Source: a virus
Lineage: Duplodnaviria; Caudoviricetes
Direction: 5' to 3' (one strand)
DNA length: 56,557 bases
IMG/VR virus record: IMGVR_UViG_3300034109_000654
Span: 1-56,557 of that record
The notes under the pieces were generated by a model that was given only the letters and a program-made list of their open reading frames with translations, did not search any database and was not told the origin of the DNA. Below, one piece after another: positions 1 to 8,357 of this stretch; position 1 is the first letter of the stretch, and each line of letters begins with the position of its first letter. Both the position numbers and the translations under genes were made by a program.

Positions 1-1
1 C

Positions 2-1090
2 GGCCCGGAGAAGGTAAATCCGAAGGTCGTGAAGGTGTCGCCGTGGCAGGTGTTCAAGGCTCGCCTTGAAACGTGGGTGCGGGACTACCTGCTGGACGAA
101 CCGGAGTTGGGACGCCCTGAGATCACTGCGATCCGGGTGCCTGATCCTGGTTTCAACGATGCTGACATCGCGGCGGGTATTGATCCTCCGCGCCGGAACC
201 CTGGGGTTGTCAACATCCTGGATGCGCGGGACTGGTTGAACCCCGAGGGTTCGCCGTTCAGTAGCGCGTTTGGTAAACCGCCCGCGTATTCGTTTCGGCA
301 CGATCTGTTGCCCGATACGGATGCACAGTTCATTGCGCGTACCCGCAAGGGTGGCACGCAGTTGATTACGACAAACGGTATCGACACGGCGGCGGGTACC
401 TCGCATCTGGTGCTGGCTGCTCAGCGTGGCAACGTGTACGCCACCACAACCGGCAATATCAACATCACCGGCCAGATTGTTGCGGCGAATCAGGTTGTCA
501 CCGCCGGGAACATCGTCACACTGTCGAACAAGACGATCCAGTCCCCGACAATCAACAACCCCACGATCTCGGCCACCGGGGGAATGGTGGTGAACTGGAC
601 CGCCGCCGCCACACCGACCACCAAGATCACACTGGGCCAGGAGAGCGTCCTCAACAGCGAAACCGCTTCTCAGCAGGCTTTGTCCATCAACCCGAAGATC
701 GTCAGAACGTCGATTTCCTCCCCATTGCACGGCGTGATGACCCTGAGCCCGAGGATCGACGGTCCCGGTGCCGAAGATGTGTCTCTGATAACTTGTATGC
801 CCTACCTCAACGGGCCTCCGTCGAACGTCTTTGAGGTGTTCGCCAGCGGAGATGTGGTCTGCACTTCCATCAACGCCGGCGGTCCCGACAGCACAATGTC
901 GATCTTCTCCAAGATTGCGATTAACCAAGAGGGGATGAACGAGCAAGTGCAGGTACCGGGCACTCGTGTCGTTCCTCCGGTACGCAACAACGATCCTGGC
1001 AGGCGGGGAATGTACGCCGTCGACAACAACTGGCTCTACATCGCCGTGGCCGACAACCAATGGAAACGAATCGCACTACAGACGTGGTAA
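2..1090 (+). CDS. Minor tail/tail fibre protein, 5'-truncated by window
   Basis: Frame is open from position 2. T/N/I-rich beta-like sequence with C-terminal GRRGMYAVDNNWLYIAVADNQWKRIAL motif typical of tail fibre ends; lies just before the lysis cassette. Confidence 0.65.
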   Translation, partial: GPEKVNPKVVKVSPWQVFKARLETWVRDYLLDEPELGRPEITAIRVPDPGFNDADIAAGIDPPRRNPGVVNILDARDWLNPEGSPFSSAFGKPPAYSFRHDLLPDTDAQFIARTRKGGTQLITTNGIDTAAGTSHLVLAAQRGNVYATTTGNINITGQIVAANQVVTAGNIVTLSNKTIQSPTINNPTISATGGMVVNWTAAATPTTKITLGQESVLNSETASQQALSINPKIVRTSISSPLHGVMTLSPRIDGPGAEDVSLITCMPYLNGPPSNVFEVFASGDVVCTSINAGGPDSTMSIFSKIAINQEGMNEQVQVPGTRVVPPVRNNDPGRRGMYAVDNNWLYIAVADNQWKRIALQTW

Positions 1091-1102
1091 GGAGAAACAG
1101 CA

Positions 1103-1342
1103 ATGGCACGGTATGACGAGGTTTTCGCCGACCTTCAGGCCAAGCACGCCGCTCTGCTGGCGGTGATCGCCGCGCACCCCGAGATCGCCGAGGAAGTCAA
1201 AGAGGCGTGGTCGACCACCCCTGATGACGTACAGGTCGACGACCCGACCGACGAGGCCAGGGCCAACGCGCTGGCGGCGGTGCTGCGGGAAGCGGAGAAC
1301 ACCATCGGAGTGGAGAACCCCGCCCCGCCCGTTGAAGGGTAG
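1103..1342 (+). CDS. Small acidic hypothetical protein
   Basis: AAGGAG RBS at about 1089-1094; 79-aa ORF in tandem with neighbours. Confidence 0.7.
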   Translation: MARYDEVFADLQAKHAALLAVIAAHPEIAEEVKEAWSTTPDDVQVDDPTDEARANALAAVLREAENTIGVENPAPPVEG

Positions 1343-1378
1343 CGGCAGTGATGCACTGCTGATTTCTACTCTCGCGGT

Positions 1379-2701
1379 GTGACCGAGAAGATCCTTCCGT
1401 ACAACGCGGATATAGCCGCGCAAGAGACCGGGTATTGGTGCGGCCCGGCCAGCGCGCAGATGTGTCTGTCGGACAGGGGCATCCACGTCGAGGAACATGT
1501 CCTGGCCGCAAAGTGTCAGACACATGAGGGCGGCACCGACCACCTCGGCCTCATCGAACGTGTGCTCAACGAGTACGTCCACAACGCCGACTACATCACC
1601 GTGTCGCTGCCCAACGACCCGCCCACGCAGGACGAGGTTGAGACGTTCTGGAACCATCTGCGAACAAGCATCGACGCCGGTTTCGGCCTGGTCATCAACT
1701 TTGTCGCCCCGCAGAACAACATCCCGTTCCCGATCAAAGGTTCCGGCCCGGCACCGAGTTTCTACAACTTCGGAACCACCTACCACTACGTCAGCGCACA
1801 TGGATACAGCGACGAGGACAACCAGCAGGCGGTGTGGATCACCGACTCCGGTGGCCCGTCAACACCGGGCAAGTGGGGTTACTGGCTGACCTTGGCGCAG
1901 ACCGTTCTGCTCGCAGCGGGCAAGGGTTACATCTGGGCGCGGCCCCACGGCAGCGTCCACGCCCCGGCGCTGCCCGGTCCCGCTCCGGCGGTCACACAGC
2001 CCGGCCGGTTCTGGCCGGTCACCGCGGATCGGATTGTCACCAGCCCGTTCGGACCTCGATGGGGGACAATCCACACCGGGGTGGACTTCGGGTTCAACGG
2101 TGGTGCTGGGGACCGCCCGGTGTTCGCGGTGCAGTCGGGGACGGTCATCTTCTCCGGTGCCGCAGCTGGTTACGGCGGCCCGGACCCGTGCGGTTGGCTC
2201 GTCATCGACTCCGACGATTCGCAGGGTGGCGGGGTGTGGGAGTACGGCCACATCGTTCGGGAGCACGCGCTCACTGTGGGTGCGAAAGTCCAAGCGGGTC
2301 AGCAGATCGGTGTGATCAACCCGAATGAGGGCACTAACGGGGGTGTTGCTGCGCATCTGCATTTGTCGTATATGCCGCGTGGTTACGATCCGGGGGCGAA
2401 GGTGGACCCGCTGCCGGTGCTGGACGGCTCCAACGAACCGGGTGTGCATCACGAGCCGCCGCCCCCTGTGCACGAACCGGCACCTGAGCCACCGCCTGTG
2501 CATCATGAGCCGCCGCCGACAATGATGCCGACTCCGCTCACAGGTAGGCCGTTCCATCATTCACAAGCCGACGACTTAGAAGGCACGCTGCTGTCGCTGC
2601 GAGCCGAGGGTCTGCTCACGCAGGCTTTGGTGTTCGCCCTGGCAGAAAAAGCCGGGATCAACGCCCGCGAACTGTACGAGAACGTGCGAGGCAGCTTCTG
2701 A
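1379..2701 (+). CDS. lysA: Endolysin (lysin A): C39-like cysteine peptidase + M23 peptidase + His/Pro linker + C-terminal domain
   Basis: QETGYWCGPASAQ and HYVS (C39-like), HTGVDFG and HLH (M23 Zn motifs), PVHHEPPP repeats. Confidence 0.9.
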   Translation: MTEKILPYNADIAAQETGYWCGPASAQMCLSDRGIHVEEHVLAAKCQTHEGGTDHLGLIERVLNEYVHNADYITVSLPNDPPTQDEVETFWNHLRTSIDAGFGLVINFVAPQNNIPFPIKGSGPAPSFYNFGTTYHYVSAHGYSDEDNQQAVWITDSGGPSTPGKWGYWLTLAQTVLLAAGKGYIWARPHGSVHAPALPGPAPAVTQPGRFWPVTADRIVTSPFGPRWGTIHTGVDFGFNGGAGDRPVFAVQSGTVIFSGAAAGYGGPDPCGWLVIDSDDSQGGGVWEYGHIVREHALTVGAKVQAGQQIGVINPNEGTNGGVAAHLHLSYMPRGYDPGAKVDPLPVLDGSNEPGVHHEPPPPVHEPAPEPPPVHHEPPPTMMPTPLTGRPFHHSQADDLEGTLLSLRAEGLLTQALVFALAEKAGINARELYENVRGSF

Positions 2702-3327
2702 TGTCAATGCCGTGGGACAACCCGCCCCAGAACCCCAACGGGCAGCCGCCGGCTCAGCCTCCCCCTCAACCGCCCCCGAACTACACCTACACACCCAGCC
2801 CGGTGCCGCCGTATGTTCCCCCGGCTGGGCAGCCTTACCCGCAGCCATATCCGCAGCCATACTCGCAACCGGCTCAGCAGATGCAGCCGGATCTGCCTCC
2901 GGTGGTGGCCCGAAACCCGCAGACCGGGGAAACCGTCAAGGTGGACATCGGCACCGAACTGCGCGAAGCCATCCGGCAGGCCATCACCCAGTCGGTGGTC
3001 GAGAACAAAGACTCCATGCAGGCCGGAACGCAGCGTGCCATCGCCAAGATGGTCAAAGCAGAAGTCGCTGAAGAAGTCGAAGAACAGTCCGACAACCTTG
3101 AGGCGGCGTTCTCCGGGGGACCGGCCACCACCAGGACGTTCATCCAGGGCGCGGCACTGGACATCGGAATGGCGGTGTTCGCGGGGATGGCAATGCTGAT
3201 CGGCCCGGACGCTGATCTTTTCTCCGCTGAACTGTGGACGATTGTGGGCGTAATGATGGTCAAGACCGTCATTCAGACCGGGCTGTCTTACATGATGCGC
3301 TTCAGCGCAGGAGCACCCCCGCGATGA
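2701..3327 (+). CDS. Holin-like membrane protein
   Basis: Start overlaps the lysin stop (TGATG); P/Q-rich N-terminus and two C-terminal hydrophobic helices. Confidence 0.6.
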   Translation: MSMPWDNPPQNPNGQPPAQPPPQPPPNYTYTPSPVPPYVPPAGQPYPQPYPQPYSQPAQQMQPDLPPVVARNPQTGETVKVDIGTELREAIRQAITQSVVENKDSMQAGTQRAIAKMVKAEVAEEVEEQSDNLEAAFSGGPATTRTFIQGAALDIGMAVFAGMAMLIGPDADLFSAELWTIVGVMMVKTVIQTGLSYMMRFSAGAPPR

Positions 3328-3515
3328 GAGTGGTGTGCGCAGCCTGCAACGAGCACTACGCCGACCTCGACGACTCGATGGAGTTTGAGTCGATGCTGGT
3401 GTACTCCGACGCGCTGGCGGTCTACCACCTGGCACACTGCCAGGCCAGCCGCGATGAGAAGGACGCCGCCTGGGAAATGATGGAAGCGGCGTCAAAAGTA
3501 GACACCGAACAATGA
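3324..3515 (+). CDS. Small protein with CxxC/HxxxC motifs
   Basis: ATGA overlaps at both ends; MRVVCAACNEH...HLAHC. Confidence 0.55.
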   Translation: MRVVCAACNEHYADLDDSMEFESMLVYSDALAVYHLAHCQASRDEKDAAWEMMEAASKVDTEQ

Positions 3516-4192
3516 CCACGATCCGCGAGTTCCTGTTCAGCACCGCGGCTAAGACTCACGACGAAACCGTCCCTGAACGCCGGCAGCGGTGGTTTGAGAA
3601 CGTCATGGCGATCATCATGGCGGTGGCGGCGATCACGGCGACCTGGGCGTCCTTTGAGTCCTCGCAGTGGAGTGGCAAGGCTTCCGGTCTGGTGTCACAG
3701 TCCAGTGTGCTGCGCTCCGATTCCAGCCGGTGGGCTGCCCGAGGCGCGGAACAGACCAGCGTCGATGCCTCCATCTGGATCGAGTGGCAGAAGGCGATCC
3801 TGCTGGGCCGGGACGATTTCGCCGCGTTCGTCCTGGAACGGTTCTCCCCGGAGCTGGACGAAGCGCAGGACACCTGGCTGGGCGCGGTGGACCCGACTGA
3901 GGGGAAGCTGCCGAAGGGCACTCCGATGGCGTTGGACAGCTATGTCCCTCCCGGCCAGGAGAAGTCCGAACAACTGGCCGCGCAAGCCGAGGAACTGCTA
4001 GCCGAGTCCAGCATCTACAGCGCGACCTCGAGCCGATACACCATGCTCACGATCATGTTCGCGCTGGTGCTGTTCTTCGGCAGCGTGGCCACGAAGTTCA
4101 CCAGCCCGAAGATTCAGCTGGCGTTGGGGTCGCTGGCCCTGGCGCTGCTGCTCTCCGCAATGGGCAGAATGGTGCTCCTGCCGGTGATGTGA
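3512..4192 (+). CDS. Three-TM membrane protein (DUF4337-like)
   Basis: One N-terminal and two C-terminal TM helices around a soluble loop; ATWASFESSQWSG motif. Confidence 0.65.
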   Translation: MTTIREFLFSTAAKTHDETVPERRQRWFENVMAIIMAVAAITATWASFESSQWSGKASGLVSQSSVLRSDSSRWAARGAEQTSVDASIWIEWQKAILLGRDDFAAFVLERFSPELDEAQDTWLGAVDPTEGKLPKGTPMALDSYVPPGQEKSEQLAAQAEELLAESSIYSATSSRYTMLTIMFALVLFFGSVATKFTSPKIQLALGSLALALLLSAMGRMVLLPVM

Positions 4193-4199
4193 CCTCGCG

Positions 4200-4406
4200 T
4201 CAGCGAGGACCCCAACGGCCGCGACCGGGCCGGGCGGCGTTCCACTCGTCGATGGTTTCCTTGAGCCATCCCTTGTGTGGCCCGATGATCGCGTCGGGCG
4301 GCGGCAGCTTGATGCGGGTCAGAGACCGCACCGATTTCAGGCCCAGGTGCGCGGCGACTTCGGCGCGGCCCATGTAGCGGGCTACCTTGCGCTTCTCGTC
4401 GGCCAT
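4200..4406 (-). CDS. Small AlpA/excisionase-like HTH DNA-binding protein
   Basis: YMGRAEVAAHLGL...LPPPDA...GWLKETIDEW pattern. Confidence 0.75.
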   Translation of the reverse strand: MADEKRKVARYMGRAEVAAHLGLKSVRSLTRIKLPPPDAIIGPHKGWLKETIDEWNAARPGRGRWGPR

Positions 4407-4422
4407 GCCGACACAATACCGC

Positions 4423-4800
4423 CTACGGGTGCTGTTGAGATACGAGAACGGGACGGATCACCCCTCCGGTGACCACACCGGCCCGGCCGATCACCGCGCG
4501 ATCCCATTCCTTGCGGGGGTCGTCGGTGACCTCCCAGATCACTTCCTCGAGCTTGCCTCGGGCCTCGACCAGCTTCTCTACCGCAGCGTCGTACTCGTCG
4601 ACCACTTTCTCCACCGAGTTGATGAAACCTCGCGGGCAGCGGCGCCGGCCGATCTCGATGTCGGACAGGCTGCGCTCGGCGATGCCGATTTTGTTGGACA
4701 GCGTGCGCTGCGATATGCCCAGGTACTGCCTGTAGGCGCGGACGAGCTCCCCGTAGCCGTCGCTGTAGTCGGCGGGCACGGGTGTCGATGTCGTGGTCAC
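4423..4800 (-). CDS. XRE-family HTH regulator
   Basis: VRAYRQYLGISQRTLSNKIGIAERSLSDIEIGRR. Confidence 0.85.
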   Translation of the reverse strand: MTTTSTPVPADYSDGYGELVRAYRQYLGISQRTLSNKIGIAERSLSDIEIGRRRCPRGFINSVEKVVDEYDAAVEKLVEARGKLEEVIWEVTDDPRKEWDRAVIGRAGVVTGGVIRPVLVSQQHP

Positions 4801-4820
4801 TGTGTTCTCCCTGTGGTTGG

Positions 4821-4864
4821 TTCGGCCCTGACCGTCTGCGGGGGACCAGACGGCCAGGGCCGAA
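4821..4864. terminator. Intergenic hairpin (possible terminator or processing site)
   Basis: ttcggccctg-a-ccgtctg / cagacgg-c-cagggccgaa inverted repeat. Confidence 0.5.
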
Positions 4865-4879
4865 GTTTAGTGCGGCGTT

Positions 4880-5395
4880 CTAGGCGAGCCGCCCCGCACA
4901 GATGGGGCCGATACCGGCGGCGATACTCTCCTCCTTGGTCAGCACGATGCCGCAGATGATGCAGCGTCCGTAGAGCTTGCCCAGCGCCTTGGCCCTATCC
5001 AGCGACAGCCGGGTACCGGTCTTGGCGACCTCGCCGATGAGGTTCTCGACGAAGCCGAACTTGCCGGTCTCGGTGTTGAGCAGCTTGGCGTAGGGCATAC
5101 CCGAGCCGTGGTAGGCGATCTGCACCTTGGCGATGCGGCCATCGGGCAGCTCGTAGAAGCCGTCCTCGACGGCGACCTGAGCGCGGCTGTTCTCGTCGAG
5201 CCACCGCTTGGTGGTGTCGATCTCGCCGCTGACATCAGCACTCGATGATCGGGCGATCCAGGCGTCCAGCTCGGCCTCGTCGAGGGGCTTGCCCTCGATC
5301 ACCGACCTCTTGAACTTGAGATCGCGCAGATAGCCGATCTGGCGCTCGCTGGGCGGGTAGGCCACCGGGGAGGCGGTGGCGAAGGGGTTACGCAT
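4880..5395 (-). CDS. DUF6011-like Zn-ribbon protein
   Basis: C-terminal RCIICGIVLTKEESIAAGIGPICA; N-terminal PSERQIGYL motif; GAAAGGA RBS. Confidence 0.75.
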   Translation of the reverse strand: MRNPFATASPVAYPPSERQIGYLRDLKFKRSVIEGKPLDEAELDAWIARSSSADVSGEIDTTKRWLDENSRAQVAVEDGFYELPDGRIAKVQIAYHGSGMPYAKLLNTETGKFGFVENLIGEVAKTGTRLSLDRAKALGKLYGRCIICGIVLTKEESIAAGIGPICAGRLA

Positions 5396-5470
5396 GTGAG
5401 GTTCCTTTCCTCTCGTGGTCGGGTGATGCCCGGCCGGCTAATTTCATAATACCTACCGGAGTAGGTTATT

Positions 5471-5623
5471 TCAAGACATGGCGGTCAGCAGAATCGCCAT
5501 GACAGCGCAGGTCCCCGAGGCGAACAGAGCGACTGCGAAGAACTCCGCGGCCCACTGCTTCGTGGCCAGCAACAGGCCACTGCACGACATCAGGAACACC
5601 GCGAGGGTGTAGGCGATGGTCAT
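5471..5623 (-). CDS. Small two-TM membrane protein
   Basis: ATG overlaps the upstream TAA; 50 aa, hydrophobic. Confidence 0.55.
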   Translation of the reverse strand: MTIAYTLAVFLMSCSGLLLATKQWAAEFFAVALFASGTCAVMAILLTAMS

Positions 5624-6030
5624 TACGCGCTGGCCCCCTCGCGGATCACCACGTCGATGGCGGCGATGGGGTCGTGATCGGGCGGGAACGGCATCCCCTC
5701 GCGCGCAGCCCATTCCTCGGCCACGCCCCGGTGCCAGGTGTATTCCACGTCGCCGACCCCGGCCAGGTGCTCGTAGTACTTCTTGCCCTCGTCCCAGCGG
5801 GCCTGGGCGCGGCGCAGCTGCTCCTCCTGCTCGGCCATGTTGGGGTAGCGCAGGAAGCGCACGCCCCGGTAGGCGCTGCTGTCCACCTCCGCACCGGCGC
5901 GGGTGGCGGCCTCGAGGAACGCGGTGTAGCCCTTGAGCAGCGCGGGGTCCAGGGTGATCTTGTCGACCTCGATGTTGGCGAACTCGACGTTTTCCATCTC
6001 GATGTCCTCGAGTGACTCAGGTCGTGCCAT
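5623..6030 (-). CDS. Hypothetical protein
   Basis: GAAAGGA RBS and own promoter/leader; phage-typical codon usage. Confidence 0.75.
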   Translation of the reverse strand: MARPESLEDIEMENVEFANIEVDKITLDPALLKGYTAFLEAATRAGAEVDSSAYRGVRFLRYPNMAEQEEQLRRAQARWDEGKKYYEHLAGVGDVEYTWHRGVAEEWAAREGMPFPPDHDPIAAIDVVIREGASA

Positions 6031-6303
6031 GTGTGCGGTGTCCTTTCCATCCGGGCCCGGGTGATTCCCTGACCTTCACACTCATAATACCTATTTTTAT
6101 AGGCATTATCTAGTGCTCGGGCGGGGCAGAACGGAGCAATACCGAAAGGTTCTGAGAGCCTCTGTGCGATTCCTGGGGGCGAGGGGCTGTCCAGAACCAC
6201 CCTGGGCGATGGAACGGGGCTCTCGGGGCCACACAGAGCCAGTACGAGGGGTTCCGGTGGGGTAGACTCAGGGCACTATCGTGGTTGGTAGTGCGGCATC
6301 AAG

Positions 6304-6343
6304 ACAGAAAGACCCGGCAGCGTCAGCTGCCGGGTCTTTCTGT
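6304..6343. terminator. Bidirectional intrinsic terminator
   Basis: Perfect 18-bp inverted repeat acagaaagacccggcagc-gtca-gctgccgggtctttctgt downstream of the replication operon. Confidence 0.85.
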
Positions 6344-6390
6344 TGCCGGGGTTCCTGCCGTCAGGGGAGCGGCAGGCCGGACGCCCTAGC

Positions 6391-6882
6391 CTAGGCCAGA
6401 CCGAGCTCGGCCATGACCTCGTGCCCGCGAGCGATCTCCTCGGGGGTCGGAGCGGCCAGGATGTACGGGGCGTTCTTGCCCGGCGAGGCGTTACCCAGCG
6501 CCAGGCGACCGAGCACCCATTCCTGCGGCCCGCGCAGGACGGTCTTGAATCCCCGGATCAGCGCGGACCCGAACACCAGCAGGTCGTCGGCCCGCTCGTT
6601 CTCGTTGTCCAGCCGGATCACATCGACCCGGCAGAACTCGCTCTCCGGGCTGATGCGGGTCGCCATCACGTCGACCTCGATGGGGTGCACCAGCAACAGT
6701 TCCCCGACGAAGTCGGTGAACTTGTAGTCACCGCCCCCGCTGGACGGCAGCGCGAACGGGTCTCCGGTGCGCGGTGCCGGTACGGGGTCGCCGTCACCGT
6801 TGGCCGCGGCCAGGCCGCCGCGTGCCTTGGTGGCGGTGGCGCCAGTGGTTTTCTTCTGGTTGTCAAACGGGTTACCGGCCAC
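6391..6882 (-). CDS. Hypothetical replication/recombination-associated protein (possibly ssDNA-binding)
   Basis: GAGGAG RBS; directly follows the exonuclease. Function inferred from position only. Confidence 0.6.
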   Translation of the reverse strand: MAGNPFDNQKKTTGATATKARGGLAAANGDGDPVPAPRTGDPFALPSSGGGDYKFTDFVGELLLVHPIEVDVMATRISPESEFCRVDVIRLDNENERADDLLVFGSALIRGFKTVLRGPQEWVLGRLALGNASPGKNAPYILAAPTPEEIARGHEVMAELGLA

Positions 6883-6884
6883 GG

Positions 6885-8030
6885 TTAGTTCTCCTCGTTG
6901 GTAGTGGCGGGGGTGAGAAGCTCGATACAGGTCGTACCGAGCCCGGTGAGGTCGTCATCCCAGACTTCCTCGTACTGCTCGAAGATCGCGGCGGCATCGC
7001 TGCGGTCCTCGATGTTCAGGAGCGCCTGTCGGGCTTCGACATAGCGCACGGTCGCCGGAGTCGGCGCGGGGTGGTCGGCGGCGAGAGCCTTGGCCTTGAT
7101 CTCCTTGCGCCGGGACCGGACGTCGATGGCCAGTTGCATCCCCTCGCCGCCGCAGTAGAGGTCGAAGGGGATCACCTCGGCACGCTCGGGCTGGTCGGAG
7201 GGCAGGTGCACGACCACGCAGTAGTCCTGGTTGATCTTCGGCATGTCCGACCACGTCAGGCCGTCGAGATTGAGCATCTTGGTGGCGTATCCGTAGACGG
7301 CGAACTGGATGGCGAACTTCACCGTCGAGGAGTCGAAGCTCGTCGACTTCGAGGTCTTGAGGTCGCCCAGGATCAGCTCGCCGGTATCGACCACCCGGTA
7401 GATGCGGTCGATCCGACCGGCGATGGACTCCTGACCCCGGTCGTTGAGGACCACCCGCTCGGTGTACTCCGGCACCGCCACCAGACCCGCCTGGGTCAGC
7501 GCCTTGTGGTAGCTCTCGGCATACGGCTTGACGAGATCGGGCAACTGGTGGAACAGGATGCGGCCCATGTCGAGCTCGGCGAGCCAGTCGTGGACGCAGG
7601 TGCCGAGCTCCTTGGCATCCGCACCGCCGGCCAGGTCGTGAATCATGTCGATGATGCCGTTGATGTCGGTGGACTTGGCCTCGTTGCGGACTGCGCTCTC
7701 GTAGGAGCGGAAGGCTGCGGCCAGGGCCAGCTCGGTGTCGGTCATCGAGTCGTTGGCGGTGATCGCCAACTGCTGGGCGTAGAGCACCGACGAGACCTTT
7801 TCGCGGATCTTCCAGCTCATCAGGTTCGACTCGTCGGAGATCGTGTCGGCCAGCTTGGTCGCCCGGGTGTAGGTCGTCTTGCGGCCTGTGGTGGGCGAGG
7901 GCAACTGGTAACGCTGCCAGCGGTCGGTCTGGATGGTGACCTCCTCGCGGGGCACCAGCGGCGGTAACGGGTACCGCATGTACTCGGTGTACCGGGCGGC
8001 AGGGGAACCGCCGGGGACCATTTCATGCAC
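6885..8030 (-). CDS. PD-(D/E)XK (RecB/Cas4-like) exonuclease
   Basis: LGTCVH, AGRIDRIY, GDLKT, QFAVY motifs. Confidence 0.85.
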   Translation of the reverse strand: MHEMVPGGSPAARYTEYMRYPLPPLVPREEVTIQTDRWQRYQLPSPTTGRKTTYTRATKLADTISDESNLMSWKIREKVSSVLYAQQLAITANDSMTDTELALAAAFRSYESAVRNEAKSTDINGIIDMIHDLAGGADAKELGTCVHDWLAELDMGRILFHQLPDLVKPYAESYHKALTQAGLVAVPEYTERVVLNDRGQESIAGRIDRIYRVVDTGELILGDLKTSKSTSFDSSTVKFAIQFAVYGYATKMLNLDGLTWSDMPKINQDYCVVVHLPSDQPERAEVIPFDLYCGGEGMQLAIDVRSRRKEIKAKALAADHPAPTPATVRYVEARQALLNIEDRSDAAAIFEQYEEVWDDDLTGLGTTCIELLTPATTNEEN

Positions 8031-8357
8031 GGGCTGTGTTTCCTTTCGGGTTGTGAGGCCGCGGGGGATCGGACTCGGTGAAGTAGCCGGGATCGGCGTA
8101 CTCGATCAGGGAGGTAAAGGCCGACGAGGAACCGGCGGCGCGATACCAGGCGATGCCGTTGGCATCGGTGACCAGCGGGGGTAGATCGTTCACCATCCCC
8201 ACCCCGTGATCTCTAGGGCGTAATTGAGAGCCTCGACCTCGTCGTCAAAGCAGCCCCGGTCAGCACCTCTGCTGTCGCAGACAACCCACCGCACGGTGGT
8301 GTTGTCGTACTCGACAACACAGGTCGGGCAGATTGCACGATCCACGGTCACGCTCAT
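8023..8357 (-). CDS. Two small coupled ORFs (8190-8357 with CxxC; 8023-8193)
   Basis: Start/stop overlaps fill the gap between helicase and exonuclease. Confidence 0.5.
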
